DNA of 64,000 bases from Felis catus (lineage: Eukaryota): contig NC_058368.1 of NCBI RefSeq assembly GCF_018350175.1, positions 30,506,001-30,570,000 of the forward strand. The letters run 5' to 3'. Within the stretch, counting starts at the first letter, position 1; each line of letters starts with the position of its first letter. The translations under genes and the position numbers were made by a program. The notes under the pieces were generated by a model that did no database searches, was not told the DNA's origin, and saw only the letters and a list, made by a program, of their open reading frames with translations. This document shows positions 63,332 through 64,000 of this stretch, one piece after another.

Positions 63332-63536
63332 GGGGCACCTGGGTGCCTCAGTCAGTTAAGCATCTGACTCTTGGTTGTGGCTCAGGTCACGATCTCACCG
63401 TTTAGTGAGTTCCAGCCCCAGGTCAGGCCCCTGCACTGTGGAGCCTGCTTGGGATACTCTGTCTCCCTCTCTGTCTGCCCTCCCCCACTAGCTCTGTCTC
63501 TCTCAAAATAAATAAATAAGCTTAAAAATTATATTT
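63332..63536 (+). mobile_element. Can-SINE
   Basis: TSD aaaa(c/t)accttt on both sides. Confidence 0.95.
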
Positions 63537-63580
63537 AAAAATACCTTTAATACTTTAATAAAACAGGAAAAAAAAAAAAA

Positions 63581-63768
63581 GGGAACCCGCGTGGCTCAGT
63601 TGGTTAAGCATCTGACTTGGGCTCAAGTCATCTGATGCTTTGAGCCCCTCATTGGGCTCTCTGCTGTCAGTACCCAGACTGCTTTGGATCCTTTGTCCCC
63701 TTCTCTCTCTGCCCCTCCCCCACTCACAGGTGCTGTCTCTCAAAACTAAAATAAACATTCAAAAAAAA
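63581..63768 (+). mobile_element. Can-SINE
   Basis: Head gggaacccgcgtggctcag, (CT) tract and tail. Confidence 0.92.
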
Positions 63769-63776
63769 TCACTGAA

Positions 63777-64000
63777 GGGGCCCCTGGGTGGCTTAGTCGG
63801 TTAAGTATCCAACTTCGGATCAGGTCATGATCTCCGTTTGTGGGTTTGAGCCCCACATGGGGCTCTGTGCTGCCAGCTCAAAGGCCTGGAGCCTGTTTCA
63901 GATTCTGTATCTCCTTTTCCCTCTGCCCCTCCCCCGCTCGTGCTCTGTCTCTCTCTGTCTCAAAAATAAGTAAGAAAATAAAATAAACGTTAAAAACATC
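63777..64000 (+). mobile_element. Can-SINE reaching the window edge
   Basis: Head ggggcccctgggtggcttag, body and A-rich tail. Confidence 0.94.

Noticed and set aside
1..64000. ORF-track peptides as real genes
   Set aside because: All are 137 aa or shorter. The recognisable ones are SINE-derived (MAQSVK..PTSAQVMIS.., ERERER), microsatellite-derived (HTHTHT) or L1 ORF2. None resembles a host protein I know.
1..64000. CRISPR array, operon or other prokaryotic system
   Set aside because: The sequence is mammalian. The recurring units of about 200 bp are dispersed SINEs with TSDs, not regularly spaced repeats.

Overview
This is AT-rich mammalian genomic DNA from a cat-family animal (Felidae), judged from 27 tRNA-derived Can-SINEs of felid type and carnivore/felid L1 3' ends. 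I recognise no protein-coding gene, RNA gene, CpG island or CRISPR-like array, so the window looks intronic or intergenic. The ORF-track peptides I can explain come from SINEs, microsatellites or decayed L1 ORF2; the rest look like chance. Repeat content includes L1 fragments of several ages, solo LTRs (MLT1A, MLT1F, MLT2, MER54/74-like), hAT MITEs, L3/CR1, MIR, L2 and a probable HAL1. The most notable observations are: (1) a fossil hAT-Charlie transposase at about 55.4-56.55 kb that the ORF track misses; (2) a templated-inversion repair scar inside an L1 at 31.84 kb; (3) two different LTRs sharing one 5-bp target site at 34.3-35.3 kb; (4) two CpG-rich zones, one with weak-to-strong substitutions suggestive of GC-biased gene conversion; (5) a cluster of CAGGTAA/splice-donor motifs with a G4 motif at 8.7-9.16 kb. 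I found no convincing evidence of a new biological system. Repeat family names come from my recollection of consensus sequences, not from a database search.
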